A DNA stretch of 64,000 bases from Candidatus Krumholzibacteriia bacterium. GTDB lineage: Bacteria; Krumholzibacteriota; Krumholzibacteriia; LZORAL124-64-63. The notes below the pieces were generated by a model, which saw only the letters and a program-made list of their open reading frames with translations, was not told the DNA's origin and made no database searches. A program made the translations under genes and the position numbers. This document shows positions 37,670-47,568 of this stretch, piece after piece. The stretch is from contig JAWOID010000079.1 in the NCBI GenBank assembly GCA_046484865.1, positions 1 through 64,000 on the forward strand. Direction: 5' to 3'. Position 1 is the stretch's first letter, and each line of letters opens with the position of its first letter.

Positions 37670-40047
37670 GGGGCCTCCTGCGTCCGCATGCGTTCGGGCG
37701 CGCCGATCCGGGGCAGGAGCACCCGGAACACCGTGCGTCCGTCGTCGCGTGCGACCTCGATGTCACCGCCGTGGGCGGTCACGATCTTGTGACTGATGGC
37801 GAGCCCGAGCCCCGTGCCCGAACTCTTGGTCGAGAAGAAGGGCCGGAAGATCCTGCCGCGGTCCGCGGGCGGGACGCCCGGGCCGTCGTCGCGCACCTCC
37901 AGCGCCAGTCCGGGATGCACGCGGCTGGTGCCGAGGGCGGGGTCGGCCACCTCGACGGCCGCGCGCGCGCTCACGGTCACGTCCACCGCGCCGCCGGGCG
38001 GCGATGCGTCCACCGCGTTGATCAGCAGGTTGATGACCACCTGCTTGATCTGGGCCGGATCCAGCCGCACCGGGACCGTGGCCCCGGGGTCGGCGGTCAC
38101 CCGCGCCTCCAGGCGCACGTTCCGTCGTTCCGCGCGCGGGCGCACCAGATCCAGGCATTCCGCGGCCAGGTCGGGCAGCGCCGCCTCGCTCAGGCGGGGC
38201 TCGTACGGCCGCACGAACGACAGCAACCGGGTGATGGTGCCCTCGATCCGCGCCACCTCGCCCGTGATGATGTCGATGTAGCGCTTCCGCGGGTCCTTCG
38301 GCGGCAGCTGATCGGCCAGCAGCTCCGCCTGGGCGCTCAGGCCCATCAGCGGGTTGCGGATCTCGTGCGCCAGCCCGGCCGACATCTCGACGAGCCCCTC
38401 GAGCCGGTCCGCCCTCAGCCGCTCGGCCTCGAGCTTGCGCGCCTCGCGCAGGTCGTCGGCCACGATCACGAGCCACTGCTCGCCCGCGACGCGTCCCGGC
38501 ATGGTGGCCGTCTGCAGGCGCACCGGCACGGTGGCGCCGTCCTCGCGCCGCACGTTGGCCTCGCCGCGGAACCCGGCCTCGCCGCGGTTTCGCAGCCGCG
38601 CCAGCGGCGGGCCGGAGATGCCCGGCAGCCGCAGCAGTCCGTCGAGGAACAGCTCGGGCAGCGCAGTCGCCCCCCGCTCGCGCGGGGTGTCGCTCTCGCC
38701 CTGCCGCCATCGCCCCCGCCCGATGGTGAAGACGAGCTCGGTCTCGGGATCGGCGAGGTGCTTGCGGCCGGTCAGGAGCTCCCGGCCGGCCCGGTTGCAG
38801 AAGACGGTGCGACCCTCGCCGTCCAGCACCCAGATGCCGCTGCTCACCGTCTCGAGCACCCGCGCGTTGAACGAGCCGATGCTTCGCATCCGGTCGAGCA
38901 TCTGGGCGGCCGCCACCTCCTCGGAGAGCACCATCTGGACGGTCTGCAGGAACGGCAGCAGGCGGCGCGGCGGCGCGTCGTCGCCACCCTCGCCGTCCTC
39001 GCCGGTGTCGGGGCCGGTGGCGCGTCGCAGCAGCAGCAGGTAGCCCAGTCGCAGCTCCTGGTGCTCGAGCGGCAGGGCGATGATGCGCCGGTCGCGTCCG
39101 GCGACCTCGCCGGCAGCGGCGGCCACGCGGAAGACCCCCGGGGCGAGCATGCTCTCGGCCACCTCGGCGTCGACCTGGCCGTGCAGGTTCAGCAGCACCT
39201 TGTCCCAGCTCGTCTCGTCCCAGCGGTACGTCTGACGCGCCGCGTAGGGTCCGCCCGGTGCCGAGCGCAGGATGAGTGCCGCGCCTGCCGCCTCCACGAA
39301 CTCGGCCAGGCTGCGCAGCAGGCCCTCGAGGGTTTCGTCCCAGTTGGGAGCCGTGCTCAGCTCCCGGCCGAACCGGTAGAGGAGCGAGAGCTGCTCCATG
39401 TGGTCGCTCAACTCCCGGTTGGCGGCGGCCAGTTCGGTCTGGGTGCGCAGCAGCTCGGCCGCCGCGGCATCGGCCTCGGCACGGATCAGCTCGCGGTGCT
39501 CCTGCAGGCGGCGCTGGACGCCCCTCGCCTCGTCCTGCAGCGCTTCCGCCTCCCGTCGCGCGTGCACCTCCGCCCCGGCCCGCCCGCGCAGGCGCCGCCA
39601 GTCGTCCGCCGTCGCCGGCAACTCCTGGATCGCGAAGAGCCCGGCCACACCCAGGGCGCGGGCGATGTCGGGCGCGGGCAGCGTCTCGCCCACCAGCACG
39701 GGACAGTGGCCCGGGAGCCGGCGCCGCAGCTCCGCCACGAGGGCGACGCCTCCGTCCGGCTCGGCCGCCAGCCGCTCGGACTGCAGCAGGACCAGCGGCG
39801 GCTCAAGTGCGGGACCCGCCGCCGCCCCATGCGCCGCCGCCTCGGGCGCCGCCGCCTCGGGCGCGTCGGGCTCGGGCGCGTCGGGCTCGCTCCGGATGGC
39901 GAGATCGCGCGGCGACTCGGCCACCGGCAGCGGGCCGTCCACCGTCGCCGCGGGGGGACGCCAGCCGGCGCGACCGACCGCGAGGCTGCCGCGCGGCAGC
40001 AGGGCGGCGGACTCCGGGCCGGAGGCCCTCCGGGATGTGGCGGTCAT
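37666..40047 (-). CDS. Cytoplasmic GAF/PAS sensor histidine kinase
   Basis: AHEIRNPL, NLLINA, DDGPG, PFFSTK, GTGLGL; PAS-like GIWVLDGEG..NRA; no TM; AGGAG RBS; ATGA overlap with the regulator. Confidence 0.88.
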   Translation of the reverse strand: MTATSRRASGPESAALLPRGSLAVGRAGWRPPAATVDGPLPVAESPRDLAIRSEPDAPEPDAPEAAAPEAAAHGAAAGPALEPPLVLLQSERLAAEPDGGVALVAELRRRLPGHCPVLVGETLPAPDIARALGVAGLFAIQELPATADDWRRLRGRAGAEVHARREAEALQDEARGVQRRLQEHRELIRAEADAAAAELLRTQTELAAANRELSDHMEQLSLLYRFGRELSTAPNWDETLEGLLRSLAEFVEAAGAALILRSAPGGPYAARQTYRWDETSWDKVLLNLHGQVDAEVAESMLAPGVFRVAAAAGEVAGRDRRIIALPLEHQELRLGYLLLLRRATGPDTGEDGEGGDDAPPRRLLPFLQTVQMVLSEEVAAAQMLDRMRSIGSFNARVLETVSSGIWVLDGEGRTVFCNRAGRELLTGRKHLADPETELVFTIGRGRWRQGESDTPRERGATALPELFLDGLLRLPGISGPPLARLRNRGEAGFRGEANVRREDGATVPVRLQTATMPGRVAGEQWLVIVADDLREARKLEAERLRADRLEGLVEMSAGLAHEIRNPLMGLSAQAELLADQLPPKDPRKRYIDIITGEVARIEGTITRLLSFVRPYEPRLSEAALPDLAAECLDLVRPRAERRNVRLEARVTADPGATVPVRLDPAQIKQVVINLLINAVDASPPGGAVDVTVSARAAVEVADPALGTSRVHPGLALEVRDDGPGVPPADRGRIFRPFFSTKSSGTGLGLAISHKIVTAHGGDIEVARDDGRTVFRVLLPRIGAPERMRTQEAP

Positions 40048-40264
40048 GTGCGTCTCCTGCCGGCCGAGGCGAGGGTGGAGAAACCCCGGGCAAGCCGGAG
40101 GAACTGTAAAGATTCTTGCCACTTCTGGCCAAGAAAAAATTCAAGGGTGGCGGCGGGGATGGTTCGCGGGGAGGGGCGCCGGCGCCGCGCCCGGGGCACG
40201 AACGCCGAGAGCCCCGTCGACCGGGGCTCTCATCGTCGATCCGGAAGCTGGCGAGGGTGCTCCG

Positions 40265-40633
40265 CTACAGCGCGTCCATGCTGTCGACGACTCGCGCCAG
40301 CCGCGCGGCCACCTCGTCGACGACGGCGGCGGATTCATAGAAGCCCGTCGCCAGGCGCTCGCGGGCCCGTTCCACGGACTCGGTCCGGACATCCGGCAAG
40401 CGGTCCAGCGTCGCCCGGCCCGCTCGTACGGCGGCATGGAGGTCCACCATCTCGCGCGCTCCCTGGGAGATCTCGGCCGTGTCGTCGGCCTGGGTTTCCG
40501 GGCGCCGATCCGCCTGCTCCGCCGCCGGGGACCGGGTGGCCACGGCACCGGGCCTGCGCTCGAGCCTCTCCGCGCTGCGGTTCGCGTCGAGGTAGGGAGA
40601 CGGGACGCCCGAGTCGATCGGTATCAACGCCAT
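40265..40633 (-). CDS. flgM: Anti-sigma28 factor FlgM
   Basis: DTAEIS, PDVRTESVERARERLATGFY; AGGAAGG RBS; sigma28 promoter upstream. Confidence 0.82.
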   Translation of the reverse strand: MALIPIDSGVPSPYLDANRSAERLERRPGAVATRSPAAEQADRRPETQADDTAEISQGAREMVDLHAAVRAGRATLDRLPDVRTESVERARERLATGFYESAAVVDEVAARLARVVDSMDAL

Positions 40634-40696
40634 CGCGGATGTCCTTCCTGGCTCGCGGGTCGGGTCCGCCGGCGGCGGGCCCACTCCTGGATCCTA

Positions 40697-40711
40697 GCAA
40701 GCCCGATACCG
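40697..40711 (-). promoter_or_regulatory. Putative sigma54 promoter of flgM
   Basis: CGGTAT-CGGGC-TTGC(T). Confidence 0.5.
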
Positions 40712-40788
40712 TCCGGCAAGACGGCCGTGCCGTCGTGGCCGTCCGGGCTCGCGAGCGCCCGCGGGTCGTCCCGCGCCTGTTCCATCTT

Positions 40789-40815
40789 CTATCGGCCCGC
40801 CCGCCGTGACCTTGA
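40789..40815 (-). promoter_or_regulatory. sigma28 promoter of flgM
   Basis: TCAA-N15-GCCGATAG, overlapping the 3' end of the glycosyltransferase gene. Confidence 0.75.
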
Positions 40816-41829
40816 GGGCCACGACAGCGCGGGCACGAGACCGCCCAGACGGTCGAGATCCGGGTGATCGAGGCCCGCGCCGCGGGCCGCCCGCAGTCCC
40901 CCGGAGAGCGCATCCCAGCGGCGGTGCTCGGCCAGCAGTCGCAACCACTCGAGCCGGGCGAAGAGGAAGCCGGGCTCGCCGGCGACGGCCCGCGCCAGCC
41001 ACGCCTCCGCCGCCGCACCGTCGCCATCGGCCCGCGCCAGGCGTCCCAGCAGAACCCGGGCGCGGGTCACGGGCCGCGTGACGTCGGTCTGCGCCGCGGC
41101 GGCGTGCAGGAGCGGATTCGCATCCTCCCGGCGGCCCTCCTCCAGCAGAGCGCAGGCGAGCGCCACTGCCGGTCCCGGTTCGCCGGGCACGTCGGCGACC
41201 TGCCTGCTCAGCAGCCGCAGATCGCGCCGGCGCCGGGCGGTTGCGGCGGTGGCGCCCAGCAGGTGCCCGTGGTGGTGGACCACGGCCGGCAGCCGGTCGA
41301 GCGGCAGGCCGCAGGCGGCGAGCGCGGGCAGCACGGACTCGTGGACGCGCCCTGCGAACCGCACATCGTCGCGCCGCGGGAACAGCCCCACCCGCCGGGC
41401 GGCGAACCAGCCGCAGCCGCGCTCCTGGTCCGGATACTCGCCCGTCAAGGGACGCCACTCGGCGTGGCGGCGGTGCGGCAGGTAGTTGCGGGTCTCCTGC
41501 AGGTAGGCGCGGTCCGGCGGGCGGCAGGCCGCCGCACGCACTGTCGGCGCGTCGCGGGGATCGATGCGCTCGTCGGCGTCGAGGATCAGGATCCAGCGTC
41601 CGCGCGCGAGGTCGAGTCCCGCGTTGCGGGCGGCGGCGAAGTCGTCGCGCCAGACGTGCCGCCCCACCCGCGCGCCCGCGGCCGCGGCCGTGGCCGCCGA
41701 CCCGTCGCTCGACCCCGTGTCCACGACCACCACCTCGTCGGCCAGGCCGCGGTGGGCTGCGAGACAGTCGGCGAGCAGCGCGCGCTGGTCCCGGACGATC
41801 ATGACGAGACTGAGCCGGACGTCGGGCAT
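40789..41829 (-). CDS. GT2 glycosyltransferase with C-terminal TPR-like repeats
   Basis: LSLVMIVRD, VVDTGSSD, DDFAAARN, ILDADE, GRVHE. Confidence 0.88.
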   Translation of the reverse strand: MPDVRLSLVMIVRDQRALLADCLAAHRGLADEVVVVDTGSSDGSAATAAAAGARVGRHVWRDDFAAARNAGLDLARGRWILILDADERIDPRDAPTVRAAACRPPDRAYLQETRNYLPHRRHAEWRPLTGEYPDQERGCGWFAARRVGLFPRRDDVRFAGRVHESVLPALAACGLPLDRLPAVVHHHGHLLGATAATARRRRDLRLLSRQVADVPGEPGPAVALACALLEEGRREDANPLLHAAAAQTDVTRPVTRARVLLGRLARADGDGAAAEAWLARAVAGEPGFLFARLEWLRLLAEHRRWDALSGGLRAARGAGLDHPDLDRLGGLVPALSWPSRSRRAGR

Positions 41830-41911
41830 GTCGATTCCCTTCCGCGAGAGCGGGGCGAGGAGGGCGGCGGGATCCTGGGCGGCGGCGGCCGGTTCCCGGT
41901 CGCTCGCGGCT

Positions 41912-42904
41912 TCAGACGGAGTCGAACCCCCAGACGGCCGTTCCCAGCCGGCCGAGTTCGAAGGCGCCGTCGTCCCCGACCCCGCCCAGCCAGGTTCGCG
42001 CGTCGTGGAGGTCGGCCCCCGGCGGTGGTTGCCAGCGGTGATCCACGCCCCGGCGCCGCAGCTGGTCGGGATCGAGCACGCACCAGCAGCCGCTCGGGAC
42101 GGCGTACCACCCCGCACCGCGATCCACCAGGAGGTCCACCAGGTCCTCCGCGCCGCGGGGCACCAGCACGTGATGGGCCAGCGCGCGCCGCTGGACCTCG
42201 GCCAGCAGACCGAGGACCGGGGCCCGTCGCCCGCCCCACTCGAGGACGTAGCCGCGAAAGTCGGCACCCTTGCCGCAGAAGACGTACGCCTGCACCACGC
42301 CGGCGCCATCCTCGGCGACGAGACCCGTGGTGCCCGGCATGCCGTACAGGACGGCGGCATCGGCGGAACGGCGCAGGGTGCGCAGGGGATGTCCGGCAAA
42401 GACGGACGCCACGCCGGCGAGATGCCGCGGCTGGTATGGCTCGCAGCGCACCCCCGGCGGCAGCGGGTCCGCCAGCCGCGCGCGCTGGAGTCGGACGTGG
42501 AATTCCACGCCGGCCGGCCGGAACCCGCGGCCGGCATAGATTTCCGGGTGATCGGCCCAGAGGACCGCGAGGGGAACATCTTGCCGCCTCAGGAGCGCCA
42601 TGGCCTCGGTCTGGAGCGCCCGGCTGACGCCACGGCCGCGATGATCGGCCCGGGTGACCACGCTGCCCACTCCCGCCACCGGCAGCTCGCCCCACGTCGT
42701 CGCAAGTGACCGCACGAGAAAGGACAAGCAGCCCGCCAGCTCGCCCGCGACCACGGCCACGAGCTGGCCGGCGGCGTTCTCCTCGCCCAGGACGACGGGG
42801 AAATCGTCCCGCGCCCGGGTCGTGGCGCCCGCTGGCCTGATCTCTGCATCGACGAGCGCGAGGAACTCGGCGCGCTCGTCGGGACGAACGGTCCTGATCT
42901 CCAT
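41912..42904 (-). CDS. GNAT N-acetyltransferase (Eis-like)
   Basis: GVGSVVTRADHRGRG acetyl-CoA motif A, IYAGRGF; GGAG RBS. Confidence 0.8.
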   Translation of the reverse strand: MEIRTVRPDERAEFLALVDAEIRPAGATTRARDDFPVVLGEENAAGQLVAVVAGELAGCLSFLVRSLATTWGELPVAGVGSVVTRADHRGRGVSRALQTEAMALLRRQDVPLAVLWADHPEIYAGRGFRPAGVEFHVRLQRARLADPLPPGVRCEPYQPRHLAGVASVFAGHPLRTLRRSADAAVLYGMPGTTGLVAEDGAGVVQAYVFCGKGADFRGYVLEWGGRRAPVLGLLAEVQRRALAHHVLVPRGAEDLVDLLVDRGAGWYAVPSGCWCVLDPDQLRRRGVDHRWQPPPGADLHDARTWLGGVGDDGAFELGRLGTAVWGFDSV

Positions 42905-43145
42905 GAGAAGCTCCAGCGGGGCTGCATGGCGACGGCCACCCGACGACGGACCGCCCGGGAGCGGAAGCGGCGCGCGGGCGTCGGCAGGGAAGGCCGCCGC
43001 GGCGCGACGGCCGGCGCACCCGCGGAGCATACCGGGGTCACGAGGAAACGGGCAAGCGGCATCGGCCGGGACTCCGGCCCGAGCCGGAGGACGCGGGCCG
43101 CCGCCGGCGGCAACACGTCCCGGATCCAGCAGGAGGAGACGGATC

Positions 43146-43991
43146 ATGGGTCTGCGAGTGAACACGAACGTCAGCTCGATGAGCGCCCAGCGGCACCTCT
43201 ACAACACGACCGACCGGTTCAACAAGTCGATGGAGCGGCTCAGCTCCGGCCTGCGCATCAATCGTTCGGGCGACGACGCGGCCGGCCTGGCCATCAGCGA
43301 GAGCCTCAAGAGCGACATCCGGGCGCTCCATCAGGCGCAGCGGAACGCCGCCGACGGCATCTCGCTGGTCCAGGTGGCCGAGGGCTCGCTCGACGAGGTG
43401 AACAACATCCTGCTGCGCCTGCGCGAGCTGTCGCAGCAGTCGGCCACGGAGACCCTCGGCGCCCAGGAGCGGCAGTACCTCGACTCCGAGTTCCAGGAGC
43501 TGCTGGCCGAGATCGATCGCATCGCGCTGACCGCCGATTTCAACGGCATCAAGCTGCTGGACGGATCGATGGGCACCCTGGACGTGCAGGTGGGCATCGG
43601 CACCGACGCGGCCACCAGCGCGGTCCCCATCGACCTCACGCAGCGCATCTTCGCCGACGACCTGGGCCTCGTCCGCGGGACCGTGAACATCCTGGGCACC
43701 GACGGCGTGAACGCGCGCTCGGTGATCGGGATCCTCGAGGGAGCCACCGGCATCGTCAGTTCCATGCGCGCCGGATTCGGCACCGCCCAGAACCGGCTGG
43801 AGACGTCGGTCCGCAGCATCGCCATGACGGCGGAGAACCTGTCGGCCGCCAACAGCCGCATCCGCGACGTGGACGTGGCGGCCGAGACCAGCAACATGAC
43901 GTCGCTGCAGATCCTGCAGCAGGCGGGCGTGGCCATCCTCGCCCAGGCCAACATGACCAACTCGCTGGCCCTGCAGCTCCTGCAGGGTTAG
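43146..43991 (+). CDS. fliC: Flagellin 1 (281 aa)
   Basis: MGLRVNTNV, LSSGLRIN, DDAAGLAI, SRIRDVDVA, ILQQAG; AGGAGG RBS. Confidence 0.97.
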   Translation: MGLRVNTNVSSMSAQRHLYNTTDRFNKSMERLSSGLRINRSGDDAAGLAISESLKSDIRALHQAQRNAADGISLVQVAEGSLDEVNNILLRLRELSQQSATETLGAQERQYLDSEFQELLAEIDRIALTADFNGIKLLDGSMGTLDVQVGIGTDAATSAVPIDLTQRIFADDLGLVRGTVNILGTDGVNARSVIGILEGATGIVSSMRAGFGTAQNRLETSVRSIAMTAENLSAANSRIRDVDVAAETSNMTSLQILQQAGVAILAQANMTNSLALQLLQG

Positions 43992-44119
43992 TCGCGCTCG
44001 CGCGCCGTCCGCTCCGTCCGATGCGCGCGCGGCGCGGACCCGCATCGTGATGACCATCACCTGACGCCGGCTCGTCCCCCGGGCCGGCGTCGGCGTGTCC
44101 GCCGGCAGACGATTCCCCC

Positions 44120-44147
44120 TCAAGTTCGGCCCGCGACCTCCCGATAT
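44120..44147 (+). promoter_or_regulatory. sigma28 promoter of flagellin 2
   Basis: TCAAG-N15-CCCGATAT. Confidence 0.65.
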
Positions 44148-44159
44148 CCAGGGGCATCG

Positions 44160-44281
44160 ATGGTGGATCGGAAGCCGCCATCGTCCGGAAGGAGGCGTAC
44201 CGAACCCGACATCATCCGGCCGTCCTGCGGGACGGCACACCCGGGCAAGGACGTCTGGGACCCTGTCATGGAGGAACGATC
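44160..44281 (+). promoter_or_regulatory. GGA-rich 5' leader of flagellin 2, putative CsrA sites
   Basis: Repeated GGA (AAGGAGG, CGTCCTGCGGGACG, CAAGGACG, ATGGAGGA over the RBS); csrA and fliW are in the locus. Confidence 0.55.
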
Positions 44282-45103
44282 ATGGGTCTGCGCATCAACA
44301 CCAACGTCAGCTCCATCAACACGCAGCGGCATCTCTACAACAGCTCCGAAGCCTTCTCCAAGTCGATGGAGAAGCTCGCCAGCGGCCTGCGCATCAACCG
44401 CGCCGCCGACGACGCCGCCGGTCTGGCCATCAGCGAGGGTCTGAAGGGCGACATTCGCGCGCTCAACCAGGCCGCCCGCAACGCCGCCGATGGCGTGTCC
44501 CTGGTGCAGACGGCGGAAGGCGCGCTGGACGAGGTGAGCAACATCCTGCTGCGGATGAAGGAGCTCTCCGAGCAGTCGCTCAACGGCACGCTCAGCAACA
44601 CCGAGCGCGGCTACCTGAACTCCGAGTTCTCGGCGCTGCAGTCGGAGATCGACCGCATCGCGGGCACCACCGAGTTCAACGGCGTCAACCTGCTCAACGG
44701 ATCGCTGTCCGTGAACATCCAGGTGGGCATCGGCACCACCGCCGCCGACAGCATCTCCGTGGACCAGGCGACCGCCATGACCACGGCGGGCCTGTCTCTC
44801 ACCGGCACCATCGACACGACCGCCAACGCCACGACGGCCATGGGGCAGATCGACAGCGCCATGGAGGCCGTGAACTCGGCCCGTGCCGGATTCGGTGCCT
44901 TCCAGAACCGTCTGGAATCCTCGATCCGCAACATCAACAACACGTCCGAGAACCTCTCGGCCGCCAACAGCCGTATCCGCGACGTCGACATCGCCGCGGA
45001 GACGAGCCGGATGACCAGTTACCAGATCCTGCAGCAGGCGGGCGTCTCGGTGCTGGCCCAGGCCAACATGAAGAGCGGCCTGGCGATGGCTCTGCTCGGC
45101 TAA
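44282..45103 (+). CDS. fliC: Flagellin 2 (273 aa)
   Basis: LASGLRINRAADDAAGLAI, QNRLE, SRIRDVD, QQAGVSVLAQAN. Confidence 0.97.
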   Translation: MGLRINTNVSSINTQRHLYNSSEAFSKSMEKLASGLRINRAADDAAGLAISEGLKGDIRALNQAARNAADGVSLVQTAEGALDEVSNILLRMKELSEQSLNGTLSNTERGYLNSEFSALQSEIDRIAGTTEFNGVNLLNGSLSVNIQVGIGTTAADSISVDQATAMTTAGLSLTGTIDTTANATTAMGQIDSAMEAVNSARAGFGAFQNRLESSIRNINNTSENLSAANSRIRDVDIAAETSRMTSYQILQQAGVSVLAQANMKSGLAMALLG

Positions 45104-45118
45104 CCGGGCGCAAGCGGA

Positions 45119-45144
45119 GCGGGCCCCGCCCCGGCGGGGCCCGC
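45119..45144 (+). terminator. Hairpin after flagellin 2
   Basis: GCGGGCCCCGCC-CC-GGCGGGGCCCGC perfect inverted repeat. Confidence 0.6.
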
Positions 45145-45166
45145 CCGCCAGCAGTGAGGCAAGAAC

Positions 45167-45577
45167 ATGGACGCGATTCGCAGGCTCGACCACCCCCCGG
45201 TCGCGCCGCTCGCGGATCCGGTCTCGCCGGACACCCCGCGCGCAGGCGCTCCGTCCCCTCGTCCCTCTCCTCCCCACCCATCGCCGACCTCCGCGCCGCC
45301 CTCCCCGGCCGCGGCCGCTCCGACCCCGCGGCCACCGCTGTCCGACGCCGAGGAGGTGACCGAGTTCGTGGCCCGGCTCGAGGAGGCCCTGGTCCGGGCG
45401 ACGCCCGAGCCGCGGCAGGTGCGCATCCGGCAGCTCGAGCAGGTGTCGGAGTTCGTGGTCGAGGTGCTCAACCGGGAGACGGGCGAGCTCATCACGCAGT
45501 TCCCACCCGAGAAAGTCCTCAACCTGCGCGAGCGGCTGGACGATCTGGTGGGCATGGTGATCGACCGGACGATCTGA
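45167..45577 (+). CDS. flaG: FlaG family protein
   Basis: VEVLNRETGELITQFPPEKVL, GMVID; between fliC and fliD. Confidence 0.88.
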   Translation: MDAIRRLDHPPVAPLADPVSPDTPRAGAPSPRPSPPHPSPTSAPPSPAAAAPTPRPPLSDAEEVTEFVARLEEALVRATPEPRQVRIRQLEQVSEFVVEVLNRETGELITQFPPEKVLNLRERLDDLVGMVIDRTI

Positions 45578-45620
45578 TCCGGTCGCCGATCTGCCGCAAT
45601 CGCGCCGGGAGGAACCCGTC

Positions 45621-46937
45621 ATGAGCGCTGTCTCGTTCACCGGACTGGCCACGGGGCTGGACACCGCGACCATCGTGGAGCAGCTCATGGCCATCAAGCG
45701 TCAGCCGATCGTGCGCCTGGAGCGGCGGCGCACGACGTACCAGACGCAGAAGAAGGCGCTCGACCAGCTCAAGTCGAAGCTGCTCGATCTGCAGGAGGCC
45801 GCGCGCAAGCTCGACACCGCCAGCGAATTCGGTTCCCTGAAGGCCTCCTCGAGCCATGAGGACCTGCTCACGGTCAGGACCGGCGAGGGTGGGGCGCCGG
45901 GCAGCTACGACATCGCGGTGCAGAGCCTGGCGGTGGCGCAGAAGGAGATGTCGCAGGGCTACGACTCCCGGCTGGACGCGGTGGGCAGCGGCACCATCAG
46001 CTTCACCGTGGACGGCGAGGTCACGGAGCTGGAGCTGGTCGGCTACACCAGCCTCGAGGGGCTGAAGAACCTGATCAACGACAACGTCGCGGGCGTGAGC
46101 GCGTCGATCATCTGGGACGGCTCCGAGACCGGCGGTCACCGGCTCATGCTCACCGGCGCCGACGCCGGCACCAGCGGCTCCTTCGCCTGCGATCCGAGCG
46201 GACTCGCGGGCGGCGTCACGCCGGCCTTCACCACCCATCAGACCGCGGCCGACGCCTCCCTGCTCATCGACGGACTGCCGGTCACCGCCACCGGCAACTC
46301 GATCACCGACGCCATCAGCGGTTTGACCCTCGATCTCCGGAACGCCGACGCGGGCACGACCATCCACGTCGACGTGGCGCTGGACACCGACGGCGTCTAC
46401 GACAACGTGAAGACCTTCGTCGACCGGTACAACGACGTGATGGCCTACATCCGGCAGCAGGGCAACCCCGAGGGCGACCTGCGCGGAAACGCCACCCTGC
46501 GCACGGTGCTCAGCAGCGTGGAGTCGATCTTCACCACCAGCCACTCCGGCAGCGGCGCCATCAGCATGTTCGCCCAGCTCGGCATCACGCGCGGCGACGA
46601 GCGCCAGTACGAGCTGTCCAAGGACAAGTTCCTCGAGGTCCTCTCCTCCAGCTTCGGTGGAGCGCGCGACTTCTTCATCCAGCGCGACGGCAACACGGGC
46701 AAGGCGTTCCTGATGGACGAGGCCATCGAGAGCCTGACCGACCGGATCGACGGCGCCTTCAAGACCGGTCAGAAGGCGCTCGACACGCGGATCGACAGCA
46801 CGGACGACTCGATCGAGCGCTACGAGCGCAGCCTGGAATCGTACCGCGTCACTCTCGAGCGCAAGTTCCTGGCGATGGAGAGCATGGTGGCCCAGCTCCA
46901 GGCCCAGGGCAACTATCTGTCGAGCATGATCTTCTGA
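45621..46937 (+). CDS. fliD: Filament cap FliD
   Basis: FTGLATGLDT, YDIAVQSLA, FVDRYN, KFLAMES. Confidence 0.95.
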   Translation: MSAVSFTGLATGLDTATIVEQLMAIKRQPIVRLERRRTTYQTQKKALDQLKSKLLDLQEAARKLDTASEFGSLKASSSHEDLLTVRTGEGGAPGSYDIAVQSLAVAQKEMSQGYDSRLDAVGSGTISFTVDGEVTELELVGYTSLEGLKNLINDNVAGVSASIIWDGSETGGHRLMLTGADAGTSGSFACDPSGLAGGVTPAFTTHQTAADASLLIDGLPVTATGNSITDAISGLTLDLRNADAGTTIHVDVALDTDGVYDNVKTFVDRYNDVMAYIRQQGNPEGDLRGNATLRTVLSSVESIFTTSHSGSGAISMFAQLGITRGDERQYELSKDKFLEVLSSSFGGARDFFIQRDGNTGKAFLMDEAIESLTDRIDGAFKTGQKALDTRIDSTDDSIERYERSLESYRVTLERKFLAMESMVAQLQAQGNYLSSMIF

Positions 46938-46978
46938 CCGATCCGAAACCGTCGCACCGCAACCCGAGGACAGGCTGC

Positions 46979-47521
46979 ATGTACGATCCGCGGAGCATCC
47001 GCCGCTACCAGGAGGCCGACGTCGGCTCCATGAGTCGCGAGAAGATGATCACGCTGCTCTACGAGAAGATGATCGGCTGCTTCCAGCAGGCGGACGCCGC
47101 GCTCGGCCGGGACGACCGCATCACCATGGTCCAGCGGGTCAACCTGGCCCTGCGCATCGTCACGGAGCTGCGCAACGCGCTCGACCACGCCGTGGGCGGC
47201 GAGATCTCCCGCAACCTGGAGTCGCTGTACGACTTCGTCTTCCACCAGAGCCTGCAGGTCCTGGTGGACCGCGATCCCGCGCACCTGCGGAATTGCGTCC
47301 GCGTGCTCTCGCCGCTGCTCGAGGCGTGGCGACAGATCCCGCCGGGAACGGCCGACCGGACCGCCCGGGAGACCGTGTCGCGCAGCCCTGGCGCGGATCC
47401 TGCTCCCGCACGCGCCGGCGATGCCCGCGAATCCGTCCGTGCCGACGATGCCGGGCGGCCCGGCGGGCCGGACGGCGACCACCGCCGCCTCGAGGCCGGT
47501 CTGCTGTCGGTCTCGGCGTGA
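46979..47521 (+). CDS. fliS: Flagellin chaperone FliS with C-terminal extension
   Basis: ITLLYE, GGEISRNLESLYDF, LLEAW. Confidence 0.92.
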   Translation: MYDPRSIRRYQEADVGSMSREKMITLLYEKMIGCFQQADAALGRDDRITMVQRVNLALRIVTELRNALDHAVGGEISRNLESLYDFVFHQSLQVLVDRDPAHLRNCVRVLSPLLEAWRQIPPGTADRTARETVSRSPGADPAPARAGDARESVRADDAGRPGGPDGDHRRLEAGLLSVSA

Positions 47522-47568
47522 CCGGACCGGCCCCGCAGCCACCCATGCGCCCGCGAGGAGGAATCTCC

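Noticed and set aside
40100..40145. sigma54 promoter before the large kinase
   Set aside because: TGGCAA-N5-TTTA lacks the -12 GC; the AT-rich tract is probably a promoter of another class but cannot be called.
40789..42579. GNAT-glycosyltransferase fusion
   Set aside because: Different frames; each gene has its own start and stop.
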